From the NCBI GenBank assembly GCA_016748015.1, contig JAAOMT010000222.1, positions 189,924-253,923 on the forward strand: a stretch of 64,000 bases of DNA, in the 5' to 3' direction. The notes under the pieces were generated by a model. That model searched no databases, had not been told where the DNA came from, and was given only the letters and a program-made list of their open reading frames with translations. The stretch is from Geosiphon pyriformis uo1 (lineage: Eukaryota > Fungi > Glomeromycota). Both the position numbers and the translations under genes were made by a program. Of this stretch, positions 60,813 to 64,000 are shown in pieces. Position 1 is the stretch's first letter. Each line of letters opens with the position of its first letter.

Positions 60813-63800
60813 CATTTTTTTTATAACTTTGGATTGGTTTTTTTACTCAGATAATACCATGAATACAAAAAAAAACCACCATATATTTTACTTAAATATA
60901 TTAACTATAATAAAAAGCTTTCCTTTATGAAAGCTTAGATCTTACTCAAAAAAAACTACTAGACACATACTTACTACTACTGTAAACTGTGCCACTAAAA
61001 ATGCTTTGGTTATCCAAAATAACAAAAAAAGTAAAACAATGAACCATGTCTTACTTATAGAGAAACTTTATTTAATGAAAAAATATAAAATAACATTCTT
61101 AGTTAAAAAAGAACATGTGATGTTTTGTGTTAATACATAATTCTCATAAGTGACTGGGTAAGCTAAAAAATGTCTTTTAACATTATGTAGAACCAAGCAC
61201 TCTTATACTTGAACAGTTACTTACATAATGAAGACAAAATCTGGCAAATGATAAGTGTCAAAGTCAAAGGTACTTTATCCAATAAAATATTCACCATCAA
61301 AACCAACCCACCAGAACCAGTTAAGATTATTCTCATTTTCAATCCAAATGCATTTATTGATATTCTGAATAATCCAAAACAATTTCATAAATATTACTAA
61401 GATTTAGCACCCATTAAAGAAGAGCAAGAACAATATTTGAAATAGCTAAATATTAAACTTTGTAAATATTATCTAATTCTTAGTGACTTCAAATATTGTG
61501 ATGATTGTGATTTCATTTACAATCTACTACCATATATAATCTATTTGAATTTTAAAAAAAAAGAACTAATTAATAAATATATTTCAGAATTAGAATCGAA
61601 ATTCAATCATAATTCAGATTTCAATAATAACAACAACAATAATTCCAACTTTGCTAACAATGGCAACAATAATAACAACAATAATTCAAACTTCAATTAC
61701 AATTTTGAACAATATATTGCACTTTTAAATCTTTTAATGAAGCAGAAACTTAAATAGTTCAGCAATAATAGTAAAAACATCATGCCAAAATACATATATA
61801 ATACTAATATAAGATTTAATCTTAAATATTTAGGAAAAACTGTCATCAAATAAAAACCTTATTTATATACTAGTATAGATCTGAAATTAATACTGGAAAT
61901 TCTGACAATGACAATAGTCCAATTAGTCTCTAAATCTAGTTTAGCAAAAAAAAGAATTAATATCAGAAGAAAAATAATTGATGCAGAATATGTAAGAAAT
62001 ATTATTGCAATATTATAAAATAATTCAAAAAAGATATATATTATTAAACCAAACAAAAAAATAGCACAGGCAATATTTTTGCCTCTGGTTAAAATAGCTC
62101 AGTTAGTATTAGTGAGAACAAAAAAAAGTTAAAGATTACAACAAAAAGAATAAAAAGATTTGGATTTACAAATAAAGTAAAAATGCCAGTCAATATAACA
62201 AAAAAATTATCTCCATCTATTAATTAATTTTTATTTTACTATATAACTAGTATATATTAATTATAAAAAGGAAAGTGAAAGATCAACTTCAGATTTTTTA
62301 AGCAAAAATAAACATTTGTAAATTAAGTAAGATTGACATCACTAATCTCTATATACCAGCCAAAAATCATAGACATATTAAAATCCCAATATATAATACA
62401 ACTAGAGACTCCATAGAAATACTAAGTAAAATTATCATTAGATATTTAAGCACTAAAGTTGAAAACCAATTATTAACCACTATTTCAGACTTTTTACAAT
62501 TGTGTAAATATGTGGATATTATATTACAAACCATATATAGATAAGAAAAATATTATTTGTTACAATCAGAGCAATTAAAACAAATAAACTTGAAAATTTA
62601 GACCCACTTTAACATATACAATTCAAAATGCTACTCAACAATTTCACTAATGTCTTTGTTAATAAAAATGAATTTAGCAGAACTAATATCATCTAATACA
62701 AGATCAAAACTAAAAATATAATGTTAATTAAACAAAAAGCATACAAAATACTACTAGCCAGCCATAAAATCATCTAACAAAAAATCAACAAAATGTTAAA
62801 AAATGGGTTAATTTAATCATCAATAAGTCCATAACTATTACCAATAGTATTTGTTTAGAAAAAAATAGAAAGATCTGTTTTTGTATAGATTACAGAAAAC
62901 TTAACAGTATTACTTATAGAAACAGTTATTTTACTTCATAAATCCAAAAACTATTTAATCCTTTTGGAGAGAAAAAATAGTTTTTAATATTAAACTTAGA
63001 TAATAATTACTGGCAAATAGTCATAAATTCAGCTAATAAGAAGAAAACAGCATTTATTATAAGAGAAAAAAACTTTGAATTTAATGTTATGCTATTTGGC
63101 TTAACCAATGCTCCAGTTATCTTCCAATGACTTATTAAAATTGTCTATATCAAATTACTATAAAAATTGGTAATAGTGTACTTAAATAACACTAATATGT
63201 TCTTAGAAACATTTAATGATTATTTTTATTATCTTCAACAAGTATTTAAAAAATTAAGAAGAGCTGAATTGAAATTAAATGCTATCAAGTGTTTCTTTAA
63301 AAAAACTGAACTCAAGTTTTTAGAACATATTGTAAGCAAAAATAACATAAAAACAGATTCAAACAAGATTGAAATACAATAGTTAAAAACTTTCTAGTAT
63401 CAACAAATCTTACAAAATTAAAAGCATTTTTAGAATTCGCTAAATACTATTATTACTTTATCCAAAACTTTTCCAAATTAGCTTAACTACTCTACCAGCT
63501 CCAAACAAAAAACATTAAATATGAATAAACTAAAACCCAACAAAAAACTTTTGACATCTTAAGAAAAAAGCTCATTCAAAATCTAATATTGATTTAGCCA
63601 GATTATAACAAGCCATTTATCATTATTATTAATGTATTTGGTCAAGCATTGAAAGCCATATTGTTACAAAAAAAAGCCAATAGATGAAAACACCCAATGC
63701 TATATGTCAGCTAAAGTTTAAGTCCAGCTAAAAAGAACTATAAAACTTTAGCATTGGAACACTTAGCTATCTATTGGACTGTTATCAAATAGAAGAAATA

Positions 63801-64000
63801 TTTAAGTCAAAAGTTTGATGTATACACTAATCACAAAAAATTAACATTAATTTAAAAGTAAAATTTGAAAACAATTATCATGCAAGATAGAAAATAGAAC
63901 TATTACTATTTAATTATACTATATATTATAAAAAAAGAAAAAAAAACAAAAATGTCAACAGTTTATTGTAAATAAGACAAATTTAAAACATTTTAATCCA

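Larger units (their letters stand above)
59826..60856. mobile_element. Solo LTR (~1031 bp) inserted in G6 pol
   Basis: TGTTACA start, decayed ATAATA end, flanks CTAT/CCAT, non-coding; G6 pol homology resumes on both sides. Confidence 0.7.
56134..64000 (+). mobile_element. G6: decayed dUTPase-bearing Gypsy-like element, running off the right edge just after RNase H
   Basis: LTR end ATAACA at 56910 followed by PBS TGGTGCTTCTTGTGAG; gag from GTG 56975; protease LIFDNS; dUTPase IIDAEY..IAQAIF; RT VYLNN; RNase H end. Confidence 0.85.

Noticed and set aside
61545-61757. Asn-rich ORF as a host or prion-like gene
   Set aside because: It is the low-complexity linker before the G6 dUTPase, amplified by G>A decay.

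Overview
Eukaryotic, very AT-rich, gene-free nest of retrotransposons. The element families look fungal; my recollection is that they resemble Glomeromycota (Geosiphon-like) repeats, which I cannot verify here. Almost the whole window resolves into nested insertions, six of them with readable target-site duplications. It holds four LINE copies (APE-RT-RNase H type; A and B on +, heavily decayed C and D on -), six Ty3/Gypsy-like LTR elements (G1 5478-15349 -, G2 16723-26565 +, G3 37853-47331 -, G4 36425-53586 +, relic G5 -, partial G6 56134-end +), one solo LTR, and one ORF1-only, poly(A)-tailed, TSD-flanked non-autonomous retroposon (32285-34555) that carries the LINE 3' tail. The most notable signal is an unusual Gypsy architecture repeated across divergent families. 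(i) Gag begins at a conserved GTG followed by about 240-295 AUG-depleted codons before a conserved capsid-proximal AUG. (ii) A single gag-PR-(Cys-rich)-dUTPase-RT-RNaseH frame stops right after RNase H. (iii) Integrase is a separate cistron with its own start behind a short A/C-rich spacer. (iv) A conserved non-env ORF3 of about 225 aa runs through the PPT into the 3' LTR. All copies are being eroded by directional C:G->T:A mutation. No host genes, RNA genes or CRISPR arrays were seen.
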